Source: Pseudomonadota bacterium (lineage in GTDB: Bacteria > Pseudomonadota > Alphaproteobacteria > MPNO01 > UBA2964). From it: DNA of 64,000 nt. Under the pieces are notes generated by a model. The model saw only the letters and a list, made by a program, of their open reading frames with translations. It made no database searches and was not told the origin of the DNA. The stretch is taken from positions 15,351-79,350 of the forward strand of contig JAYZBC010000071.1 of NCBI GenBank assembly GCA_036339375.1, written 5' to 3'. The position numbers and the translations under genes are program-made. Of the stretch, positions 1 to 8,731 are shown in pieces. The number at the start of each line of letters is the position of its first letter. The stretch's first letter is position 1.

Positions 1-1560
1 ACCAACTTTCTTCTCGATAAGCATTTGGCGACTGAAAAGGCCAAAGGAGTAGCTCTTGTTGTTGATGATGAGAGCTTTTCCTACGAAGAATTTTTGGGCC
101 AAGTGTGCAGAGCATCGAATGGGTTACAGGCGCTTAGAATTGAAACAGGTTCGAGACTCTTATTGTTTGGCACAGATAGCCTTGAGTTTTTGGCAATTTG
201 GTTTGGCGCAATTAGATCCGGCATTGTGCCTATCGTTGTCTCAGACGCTTATAAGGCAATAAGTCTCCTTTATTTTTTGCAGGACACAGCTGCAAAGTCA
301 CTTTTTATTGACGTCGAGCAAACCGCCAAACTGAAAGATGTTTCTGAAGATATCCCGTGGACGCTCCAAAACGTTATCGTTCGTGGAAGCACAGTCGAAT
401 TTGCTCCTGAATCTGGGGATCGAAATACGCTTACCTACGATGAAATGGTAGAGGGTCATTCCCGTACGTTTTTGCCGATACCTTTGCATTACAATGACGT
501 TGCCTACATGTTTTATTCGGGTGGTACGACCGGACCCGCAAAGGGAATCACACATTTAGCCCATGACTTCTCTCTTGTGCCTGAAAGGCATGGAAAATTT
601 ATGGAGTATGGGTCCAACGATATTGTACATGCCACTTCAAAAAAATATTTTACCCATGGAATTTGGCCGGCGGTTCTTATCCCATTTTATTTCGGTGCAA
701 CGAGTGTTATTTCCCGTCTGCCGCCGACAGCAGACAATGTCATTAAGATAATTGAGTCCACCAAACCCAATAAGTTGATAACTGTTCCGACAATTATCAA
801 GAATATTTTATTATTTGCAGAACAAAATCGTTTGCCAAATTTTTCTTCGCTTAATCTAGTGACCTCGGCCTCCGAAAAAATGCCCCCAGAAGTGTTTGAG
901 CGGTTTGAAAAAATGTTTGGTTTAGAAATTCTAGACTCAATTGGATCTTCAGAAATTACATACGAATGGATTGCCAATCGTCCAAAAGAATTCCGTCGAG
1001 GGAGTTTGGGAAAACCCGTTTTCGGTTATGACGTAAAACTGATGGATGATGATGGCCATGAAGTTAACCGACCAAATATAAATGGTGAGGCATGGATAGG
1101 GAGCCGTACGACGTGTTTTTATTACTGGCGAAAGTTAGATAAAAGCCGGGAAACTTTTGTTGGTGAGTGGGCGCGAACTGGGGATATGTTGCAGTTTGAT
1201 GAGGATGGATTCTTTTGGTTTTCTGGGCGCAGTGATGACGTTTTTAAGGTTAAGGGCCTTTGGGTGTCCCCAATAGAAGTGGAAGCAGCAATTACCGAAC
1301 ATGACGCAGTACTTGAGGCGGCGGTTGTTTCTTTTACAGATGATGAAGGATTAATTAAACCAAAGGCTTTTATTGTTTTAAAGCCGGGGAAGGAGTTAAT
1401 TGAGGATTTAGTTTCTGAACTCAAGGGGAACGTGCGAAAAATCGGTGGATACAAGGTCCCTGAAGAAATAGAATTTGTTGACTCCCTCCCTAGGACCACA
1501 CTGATGAAAATTGATCGTCGTGCATTAAGAGCTCTCGAAATAAGGTCTAGGGGAGAGTAA
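1..1560 (+). CDS. AMP-dependent synthetase/ligase (benzoate-CoA-ligase-like acyl-CoA synthetase); 5' end probably cut by the window edge
   Basis: ORF 25..1560 with the frame open back to nt 1; the first in-window start is TTG at 25. AMP-binding signature YSGGTTGPAKG. The N-terminus aligns about 25 aa into benzoate/4-hydroxybenzoate-CoA ligases as I remember them. Confidence 0.75.
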   Translation, partial: TNFLLDKHLATEKAKGVALVVDDESFSYEEFLGQVCRASNGLQALRIETGSRLLLFGTDSLEFLAIWFGAIRSGIVPIVVSDAYKAISLLYFLQDTAAKSLFIDVEQTAKLKDVSEDIPWTLQNVIVRGSTVEFAPESGDRNTLTYDEMVEGHSRTFLPIPLHYNDVAYMFYSGGTTGPAKGITHLAHDFSLVPERHGKFMEYGSNDIVHATSKKYFTHGIWPAVLIPFYFGATSVISRLPPTADNVIKIIESTKPNKLITVPTIIKNILLFAEQNRLPNFSSLNLVTSASEKMPPEVFERFEKMFGLEILDSIGSSEITYEWIANRPKEFRRGSLGKPVFGYDVKLMDDDGHEVNRPNINGEAWIGSRTTCFYYWRKLDKSRETFVGEWARTGDMLQFDEDGFFWFSGRSDDVFKVKGLWVSPIEVEAAITEHDAVLEAAVVSFTDDEGLIKPKAFIVLKPGKELIEDLVSELKGNVRKIGGYKVPEEIEFVDSLPRTTLMKIDRRALRALEIRSRGE

Positions 1561-1571
1561 AAAACTGGCAA

Positions 1572-2594
1572 TTACATTTGGCTGTAACGAATGATTCCGT
1601 CGGCTTCCCGCGATTTTGATAAACGCCGGTCAGTGACAAGATAATTTGCGTGCGCCATCGCCTCACCAATTGCAAATCCTAGCTGATGTTCATCAAGTGT
1701 TCGTTTAAATAAGTGTGGAATTAATTCTCGTGCGGTCATTGGTTTTCTGCACGCTTTGGCAGCAGAATCTAGTCTTTCGGCGTGGTGTTTGCCTAAAGCA
1801 TTGATCCGATCGTGAAGTCCATAAAAAGGAAGATCATGTGATGGCAGTACGAAGGTTTTTTTGGGTAAGAACCGGAATTTTTCCAGACTCTTGAGATAAA
1901 GGCGCAGTGGGTCACCATCTGGTTCATTACATTGTAGGCTAATATTGGTCGAAATTCGTGGTAACACTTGGTCACCAGAAATCAGAACGTTTAATTTTTC
2001 ACACCACAAGGCGGCATGTTCGGGGGAATGACCCGCCCCAGTGATAACTTTCCAAATATGATTCCCTATAGAGAATTTCTCGTTATCAACAATTCGGCGA
2101 AATCCAACGGGTAAAGGAAAATTTATTTTAGAAAAATCTGGTCGGGTTTTGCGGTAGCCATCTATCCCCGATTGTTCCATTCCATTATCAGTGTAAAATT
2201 TCATTCGTGCGTCGATATCTGCAGTTGGGCCACCAAAACGATTTAGTTGAGCTTGCGTCCATTCAGAATAGGTCATCCAGAGTGATGCATTCCATTTCTC
2301 GATGAGCCAACCCGCTAAAGACATATGATCAGGATGAAAGTGTGTAACAATGATACGGGTGATAGGTGCCTCTCCTAGAAGAGTGGAAAATATCTGTTCC
2401 CAAATAGCGCGAGTGTCATCTGTATTATAACCTGTATCGACGATTGCCCATCCGTTTCCATCTCTGATTAACCATAAATTTATGTGATTGAGGGCAAAGG
2501 GCAAAGGCATTCGTATCCAAAATATGCCCGATTCAACTTCCCTATAATCGCCAAATTCGAGTTTTTCGAATGGATAATCAGGTTTTGGTTTCAT
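1572..2594 (-). CDS. MBL-fold metallo-hydrolase
   Basis: 340 aa ORF with the HxHxDH metal-binding motif (THFHPDH) and downstream His/Asp ligands. Convergent with the CoA ligase. Confidence 0.7.
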   Translation of the reverse strand: MKPKPDYPFEKLEFGDYREVESGIFWIRMPLPFALNHINLWLIRDGNGWAIVDTGYNTDDTRAIWEQIFSTLLGEAPITRIIVTHFHPDHMSLAGWLIEKWNASLWMTYSEWTQAQLNRFGGPTADIDARMKFYTDNGMEQSGIDGYRKTRPDFSKINFPLPVGFRRIVDNEKFSIGNHIWKVITGAGHSPEHAALWCEKLNVLISGDQVLPRISTNISLQCNEPDGDPLRLYLKSLEKFRFLPKKTFVLPSHDLPFYGLHDRINALGKHHAERLDSAAKACRKPMTARELIPHLFKRTLDEHQLGFAIGEAMAHANYLVTDRRLSKSREADGIIRYSQM

Positions 2595-2640
2595 GCGATG
2601 ATATTATTTACGGTAGATAAATGAAAAGGTTTAGTTTGAT

Positions 2641-3477
2641 TTATCCTTGCTTTTGTTCGGAATCGCGATCCAAATTTTTTACTTCTGATTCCTCTTTTTG
2701 CTCGGTTTCTTCTTTTTCTGGAAAAAATTTTTCAAGGACCGAAAAAGGGCTTTGTCCTTCAGTTTGTGAGCTACCTTTCAGTTGTTTATTTTTTTCTTTT
2801 AATGGTTCACTGTCTAAAGCTTCTGTAGGGGGTATAACCTCAGTTTGTGGTGTTGACACTTCCGTTTCAGTGTTTAAGTGAAGATTCTCGGTGGAATCAT
2901 CAAAGGTTTCCTCTTTGAGATTTTTTGTTTTGGTTTTTGTTTTTTCCAAACGTTCAGCGTTCCTTTTTGCTTTTTCGATAGCCAATGTCAAATCTTCTCG
3001 ACTAACCAATTCCAGTGCAACTGGGTCTTGACGTTTGATGTTGCTGATATTCCAATGAGTCCGGTCTCGAATACTATTTATAGTTTGTTTCGTCGTTCCA
3101 ATAAGTTTTGAAATTTGGCCATCCGACAGTTCAGGAAAATTGTGAAGTAGCCATTCAATGGCATCTGGCCGGTCTTGGCGGCGGGCAACTGGTGTATAAC
3201 GGGGTCCTCGAGTTCTAGAGATCGGCCTGGGGACTTTTGCCTCAGCTATTTCTAGGTTAGTATTCGGATCATTGGAGCATCTATCGATTTCCTCCTGGGT
3301 AATTTGTCCATTGGTAATTGGGTCGTACCCTACGATACCAATGGCAACCTCTCCGTCAGCAATGCTTTGCACTTCAAGAGGATGTAATCCACAGAAGTTC
3401 GAAATCTGATCAAATGTCAGTGTAGTATTATCTATTAGCCAAACTGCCGTAGCCTTTGGCATCAAAACTTGACTCAT
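2641..3477 (-). CDS. DUF1013-family protein (alphaproteobacteria-conserved) with an acidic/Lys-rich C-terminal tail
   Basis: N-terminal MPKATAVWLIDNTTLTFDQISNFCGLHPLEVQSIADGEVA block typical of DUF1013 proteins. Low-complexity KTKTKTK / E-rich C-terminus. Confidence 0.55.
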   Translation of the reverse strand: MSQVLMPKATAVWLIDNTTLTFDQISNFCGLHPLEVQSIADGEVAIGIVGYDPITNGQITQEEIDRCSNDPNTNLEIAEAKVPRPISRTRGPRYTPVARRQDRPDAIEWLLHNFPELSDGQISKLIGTTKQTINSIRDRTHWNISNIKRQDPVALELVSREDLTLAIEKAKRNAERLEKTKTKTKNLKEETFDDSTENLHLNTETEVSTPQTEVIPPTEALDSEPLKEKNKQLKGSSQTEGQSPFSVLEKFFPEKEETEQKEESEVKNLDRDSEQKQG

Positions 3478-3591
3478 TGTCTCTCCTTTGTATAGGGATA
3501 CTGTTGTAACCCTCTGAAGAACCCATGCTCCAAAATTAAATTTTTAGGTTCTTGTAATTCAGCAGCGCAATATGCGGTATTTGACCAGTTG

Positions 3592-4611
3592 TCAAATAGT
3601 TAAAACAATTTTACCAATATGCTCGCTAGAGTCCATTAGAGTATGCCCCTTTGTTGCATCCTCCAGGGAAAAGGTTCTATCAATTACTGGTTTTATCTTT
3701 CCTTCTTCGATCAGAGGCCATACATGTTTGAGTAATTTATCAGCAATAAGGCCCTTTTCATAAACCGCTCTGTTACGAAGTGTTGAGCCTGTAAATGTAA
3801 TTTGTTTTAGCATAATTAGGTGAGTGGCAATTTCCGCCTTAGTACCTTTTTGCACAGCTATTTGCACTAGACGCCCACCTTTCTTTAAAACATTAAGGTT
3901 ACGCCCTACGTAGTCACCGCCCACCATATCTAAAACAACATCAATTCCTTTATTTGAAGTTATTTCTTTGACCACTTGGACAAAATCCTCTGTTTGATAA
4001 TTGATGGCACGCAACGCGCCTAGTTTTTCGCAGGCGAGGCATTTTTCTCTGGTTCCTGCTGTAACTATGACATTTGATCCCTTGTTTACAGCTAGTTGAA
4101 TTGCGGTGGTGCCAATTCCACTTGATCCACCGTGCACTAACAAAACTTCACCAGGTTTAAGCCGACCACGAGTAAAGACGTTGTCCCAGACAGTAAAGAA
4201 AGTTTCTGGTAATGCAGCCGCTTCAATCAATGAAAGAGATTTTGGTACTGGCAAACATTGCGATGCTGGAGCAGTGCAGAATTCCGCATAACCCCCGCCC
4301 GCTACAAGTGCACAAATTTTGTCTCCTATATTCCAACCATCAACGCTAGGAGAAATTTCGTCAACAATACCGGATACCTCAAGACCTGGAATTTCTGAAA
4401 CTCCCTTAGGTGGGGGATACATTCCGTTTCTCTGCATCACGTCGGGTCGATTTATTCCGGCAGCGGAAACCTTTATCAAAATTTGATTTTCCTCCAGTGT
4501 TGGCAAGGGTACCTTTACGGGAGACAGGACATTAGGACCACCTGGCTTGGTGATTTTAATTGCTGTCATTACATCTTGTACTTTACAAACCATGATTTTA
4601 GCTATTTTCAT
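3592..4611 (-). CDS. qor: NAD(P)H:quinone oxidoreductase (zinc-ADH/MDR superfamily, Qor-like)
   Basis: 339 aa ORF. Nucleotide-binding LVHGGSSGIGTTAIQLA and MDR fold-wide similarity to E. coli Qor. The true start is probably the internal Met (MTAIKITKPGG) at 4569. Confidence 0.75.
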   Translation of the reverse strand: MKIAKIMVCKVQDVMTAIKITKPGGPNVLSPVKVPLPTLEENQILIKVSAAGINRPDVMQRNGMYPPPKGVSEIPGLEVSGIVDEISPSVDGWNIGDKICALVAGGGYAEFCTAPASQCLPVPKSLSLIEAAALPETFFTVWDNVFTRGRLKPGEVLLVHGGSSGIGTTAIQLAVNKGSNVIVTAGTREKCLACEKLGALRAINYQTEDFVQVVKEITSNKGIDVVLDMVGGDYVGRNLNVLKKGGRLVQIAVQKGTKAEIATHLIMLKQITFTGSTLRNRAVYEKGLIADKLLKHVWPLIEEGKIKPVIDRTFSLEDATKGHTLMDSSEHIGKIVLTI

Positions 4612-4673
4612 AAATAAAGCAGTTGTACCATTACTGCTACGATTTCAAACTCGCAAGAGAAAAGGACAATGGA

Positions 4674-4862
4674 ATGGAGGAAGATGAAGAAGAATTACGA
4701 AAACCAAAAGGATGGTCAACCCTGGATTTAGAGGATCTTTCAATAGATCAATTGGAGATTTACATATCGGAGCTTGAAACAGAGATAAAAAGGGTCCGTT
4801 TGGATATTAAAGAAAAAATGGTTCACGCTAATCTTGCTGAGAATTTCTTTAAAAAAAATTAA
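4674..4862 (+). CDS. DUF1192-family small coiled-coil protein
   Basis: ORF 4623..4862. The preferred start is the internal ATG at 4674, preceded by AAGGA 7 nt upstream. LSIDQLEIYISELETEIKRVRLDIKEK pattern typical of DUF1192. Confidence 0.5.
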   Translation: MEEDEEELRKPKGWSTLDLEDLSIDQLEIYISELETEIKRVRLDIKEKMVHANLAENFFKKN

Positions 4863-4950
4863 ATGTTATGGTTTTTCTTAGTTTTCCGAATGACTTTGAT
4901 CCTGAAATTAAGAATAATTCAATACATAGAATGTGTTTAAAAAATAGAAT

Positions 4951-5175
4951 TTATTTTAGCCCAAAATTTTCGAACTTTTTGTTAAACTTGGCAACCTGAG
5001 TATCTGACGTATTTATCCATTGGGCTCCGCCAGTCCAAGCTGGGTGGCTATTTGGATCTATGTCTAACTTTAAAGTATCACCAGGTTTCCCCCAAGTAGA
5101 ATGAGTCTGGTAACTAGTACCGTCTGTCATAACGACAGTGATTTCATGGTAATCAGGATGAATATCCGATTTCAT
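4951..5175 (-). CDS. rpmE: 50S ribosomal protein L31
   Basis: 74 aa, [20 protein letters not shown]...HPAWTGG. Classic alphaproteobacterial L31. Confidence 0.9.
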   Translation of the reverse strand: MKSDIHPDYHEITVVMTDGTSYQTHSTWGKPGDTLKLDIDPNSHPAWTGGAQWINTSDTQVAKFNKKFENFGLK

Positions 5176-5325
5176 AATTCTCTCCGAAAAAAAGCGTTAT
5201 ACAGCAAAAGTTGGAGACGGAGCAAGCTTAGTATGAAAAATGGTTTTAGGTTCTGCGTTGACGTAGAATACTTGGAGTGCTTTTTTGGCTTTGAGGAATT
5301 AGGCAGTGTTAAAGGATAATCAATA

Positions 5326-7122
5326 ATGGCGCGTAGGGCACGAAAAAGCCAAACAAGTCTGGAGAAACAAGATCGGCCGGCCGGCTCAATTGGTGCACTA
5401 CGTGGTCTAATTCCCTATTTAAGTCCCTATAAAGCTGCAATGGCAGGAGCATTGGTAGCGCTTACTGCAGCGGCAACCACAGTTTTATTTATGGGGGTTG
5501 GGATTCGAACTTTGGTTGATCAAGGTTTTCGAAGTGGAAATCCTGAGCTTTTGGATAATGCGCTCGTGGGTTTATTTGTAATCATTGCGGTGCTTACTGC
5601 AGCCACCTACGCAAGGTTTTTTCTTGTATCTTGGATTGGTGAAAGGGTTGTTGCTGATCTTAGGCGGGACGTATTTAATCACGTCCTTGTCCTTGATTCA
5701 GGATTTTTCGAAAAAACACGTGTCGGGGAAGTTTTATCGCGTTTGAGCACTGATACCACTCTCCTGCAGTCTGTTGTTGGGTCTCAGGTTTCCGTTGCCC
5801 TCAGGAATCTGCTTCTTTTTCTGGGTGGAACGGCAATGCTGTTTATTACCAGCCCCCGAATGACTGGCCTTGTATTCCTTGTTGTCCCTCTTGTTATTTC
5901 ACCAATTATTCTATTTGGGCGCAAAGTTCGGCGCCTTTCTCGTGCGAGCCAAGACCGTGTCGCCGATGTCGGGGCGTTAGTTGAAGAGACTTTAAATGCG
6001 GTTGGTATTGTACAAGCTTTCTGTCATGAGAAAATAGATCAGGATCGATTTGATAAAAGAATCTCCGATACTCTGGCGACTGCAATTAAACGAATAAAAG
6101 CACGTGCCAGTCTCACAGCAGTTGTTATGATTCTGGTTTTTGGTTCGATTGGTGTAATCCTATGGCTTGGAGGTTATGACGTCATTTCAGGACGTATAAC
6201 AGCGGGTGACTTATCGGCTTTCGTTTTCTACGCAGTAGTGGTGGCAGGGTCAGTCGGCGCAATTAGCGAAGTGTATGGGGATTTGCAGCGTGCTGCTGGT
6301 GCATGCGAACGGTTAATGGAGCTTCTGGCTACTGTGCCAGAGATGCAATCACCAAAAAAACCCATGTTTTTACCTAATCCATTAGCTGGGCTGGTTAATA
6401 TAGAGAATGTGACGTTTAGTTATCCTTCTCGCCCAAAAGCACCCTCATTAGAAAATTTTAGCATAAACGTAAATCCCGGAGAAATGGTCGCGTTAGTAGG
6501 TCCTTCAGGTGCCGGAAAATCAACGGTCTTTCAACTTCTGTTGCGTTTTTTTGATCCAACCCAGGGTAAAATTACACTCGATGGGATTGATATTTCAACA
6601 GTTAACCTACAAGCCTTGAGGTCACAAATTGCTTTTGTCCCACAAGACGCCATTATTTTTGCAACCGACGCCTGGGAAAACATTAGGTATGGCCGGCCAA
6701 CGGCAACTCATAACGAAATACGTTTAGCGGCAACTGCAGCGGCAGCAGCAGAATTTATTGATCCTTTACCCGAAGGGTTTAATACTTTTTTGGGAGAAAA
6801 AGGAGTTCGTCTATCAGGTGGCCAAAGACAAAGAATTGCAATTGCGCGTGTAATTCTTAGAAATTCTCCATTATTGTTGTTAGATGAAGCTACTAGCGCT
6901 TTAGACGCTGAAAGTGAGCGAAGTGTTCAACAGGCTCTAGAAAAAGCAATGGCCAATCGCAGTACAATTGTAATAGCCCACAGACTAGCGACTGTCCTTA
7001 AGGCAGACCGAATTTTTGTAATGGATAAAGGACGAATTGTTGATTCTGGTACTCATGCAGAACTTATTAAAAAAGATGGATTATATGCAAGACTGGCGGC
7101 ATTACAATTTGACAGCAACTAA
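5326..7122 (+). CDS. ABC exporter, fused permease/ATPase (MsbA/ATM1-like)
   Basis: N-terminal 6-TM exporter domain. Walker A GPSGAGKST, signature LSGGQRQRIAIAR, Walker B LLLLDEATSALD, H-loop IAHRL. Confidence 0.85.
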   Translation: MARRARKSQTSLEKQDRPAGSIGALRGLIPYLSPYKAAMAGALVALTAAATTVLFMGVGIRTLVDQGFRSGNPELLDNALVGLFVIIAVLTAATYARFFLVSWIGERVVADLRRDVFNHVLVLDSGFFEKTRVGEVLSRLSTDTTLLQSVVGSQVSVALRNLLLFLGGTAMLFITSPRMTGLVFLVVPLVISPIILFGRKVRRLSRASQDRVADVGALVEETLNAVGIVQAFCHEKIDQDRFDKRISDTLATAIKRIKARASLTAVVMILVFGSIGVILWLGGYDVISGRITAGDLSAFVFYAVVVAGSVGAISEVYGDLQRAAGACERLMELLATVPEMQSPKKPMFLPNPLAGLVNIENVTFSYPSRPKAPSLENFSINVNPGEMVALVGPSGAGKSTVFQLLLRFFDPTQGKITLDGIDISTVNLQALRSQIAFVPQDAIIFATDAWENIRYGRPTATHNEIRLAATAAAAAEFIDPLPEGFNTFLGEKGVRLSGGQRQRIAIARVILRNSPLLLLDEATSALDAESERSVQQALEKAMANRSTIVIAHRLATVLKADRIFVMDKGRIVDSGTHAELIKKDGLYARLAALQFDSN

Positions 7123-7267
7123 AGAAATCAAATTTCTTATATTGAATTCTAACACTTTTTGATTAACTAAGTTTTAGTAGGGGAGTGTATAACACCTGAC
7201 TAATTTAAAATGTAGGAAGGTAAATCAACAAAATTTTAACAGCTGAAAATTCTTACTTGTATTTTTC

Positions 7268-8710
7268 TTAACGTCCGGTGAGTTTGAATTCAATTCTTCG
7301 GTTGCGGTTCAATGCAGCAGGGGTTTCAGCACTATCTAACGGTCGGAATTGCCCAAAACCGGTTGCGGCTAATCTTTTAGGTGAAATTCCTAGGTCTGTA
7401 AGAACTTTAACAACAGCTATTGCCCTTGCTGTCGAGAGCTCCCAGTTAGATGGGAATCGGGGTGTTTGTATGGGGTTTTTGTCAGTATGTCCATCAACAC
7501 GCAATACCCAATCAACGTCTTTGGGGATACGTTTTGAAATATCCTTTAGAGTAGCAGCTAACTGAGTAATTTGTTTCTGTCCGGGGGCCAACAAATTAGC
7601 AGAACCAGATGGAAAGAGAACCTCGGACTGAAAAACAAAACGATCACCTTCAACTCGGATGCGCTTGGTTTTTCCTAACGCTTTCCTCAATTTACCAAAA
7701 AATTCCGAACGATAACGTGCAAGCTCTTCCACTTTGCTGGCAAGCGCGGCATTAAGGCGTTTGCCAAGATTTACAATTTTGACGTTTTGTTCCTGCGACT
7801 TTGTTTCTGATGCTTCTAGGGCGGCAGAAATTCTGGCTAATTGTTTTCGTAGAGTTGCAATTTGGCTGTTTAGCAAACTTAATTGCCCTTTTGACCAAGC
7901 AGATTTTTCACGCTCTTTGTTTAACTCAGCTTTCGTTTGATCATTTAAAGTTACTAATTCCTCAAGGCGAATTTTTTTCTTTTTAATCTCAGTTTGTGCC
8001 AAAGATGTACGTTCTTCCATAGAATTTAATTTAGCCAACAATTTTTTGCTACGATCTCGAGAAGCCGTAAGGCTATTTAGGCTTGTTTTTAACTTGTCCT
8101 GGGATTTGGCCAAAGAAGATTGGCTGTTTTCTAAAGTAACGGCCAGAACGTTAACTTTATTTTCAAGAACATTTTTGGCTAATTTTAAAGCCTTAATATC
8201 ATTCTCTAGACTTTTTAGAGTCGCGAGCTGGATAGCTATTTTGTTGCGGTCTGCTGCTATTAATTCTTGGGCGTCCTTTAGTTCTTTTTCAAACTTTTTT
8301 CCCTGCTGGTTTGAATCGTTCAGAGCTGTAGCTAAAAGATCTCGATCCTGCGTTCGGGCAAGTAAAATTTTTGCTAATTGGTCACGTTCACTTGTGATTG
8401 CGCCTAGGTCTGATTTTAAACTAGTTTGATCAGCTTCAGAGGTCTCCAGTTCTAAAGAAATTTGTGCTAGGTCTTCCCGAAGTCGTTTGTTGGATTTTTT
8501 TTCGAGGGCCAATACTTCTGCAAGCTCGGCAACCTGTTGGTTTAGTCGATCCAAAGCATCATTTCTGCCAGAAAGTATATCTGACAAAAAAAATTGCGCT
8601 AAGGTGAAAACCATAAGTAAAAAAATTACAATTATCAGTAAAGCGGACATGGCATCCACAAATCCTGGCCAAATATTGGGAATGGTTCTTCTATTTGAGC
8701 CCCTTGCCAT
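7268..8710 (-). CDS. MotB/OmpA-family peptidoglycan-binding protein with a ~330 aa coiled-coil spacer (stator-like B subunit)
   Basis: N-terminus WPGFVDAMSALLIIVIFLLMVF is a MotB-like plug/TM with a conserved Asp just before the TM. Residues ~60-390 are heptad-rich (Q/L/K/E). The C-terminal OmpA-like domain carries the ...LSTARAIAV...NRNRRIEFKL peptidoglycan-binding signature. Confidence 0.7.
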   Translation of the reverse strand: MARGSNRRTIPNIWPGFVDAMSALLIIVIFLLMVFTLAQFFLSDILSGRNDALDRLNQQVAELAEVLALEKKSNKRLREDLAQISLELETSEADQTSLKSDLGAITSERDQLAKILLARTQDRDLLATALNDSNQQGKKFEKELKDAQELIAADRNKIAIQLATLKSLENDIKALKLAKNVLENKVNVLAVTLENSQSSLAKSQDKLKTSLNSLTASRDRSKKLLAKLNSMEERTSLAQTEIKKKKIRLEELVTLNDQTKAELNKEREKSAWSKGQLSLLNSQIATLRKQLARISAALEASETKSQEQNVKIVNLGKRLNAALASKVEELARYRSEFFGKLRKALGKTKRIRVEGDRFVFQSEVLFPSGSANLLAPGQKQITQLAATLKDISKRIPKDVDWVLRVDGHTDKNPIQTPRFPSNWELSTARAIAVVKVLTDLGISPKRLAATGFGQFRPLDSAETPAALNRNRRIEFKLTGR

Positions 8711-8731
8711 CAGAAGTTCAGTCCAAAACGC

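Noticed and set aside
5101-5319. 72 aa plus-strand ORF
   Set aside because: Overlaps rpmE on the opposite strand and the ABC-exporter promoter region. No conserved features.
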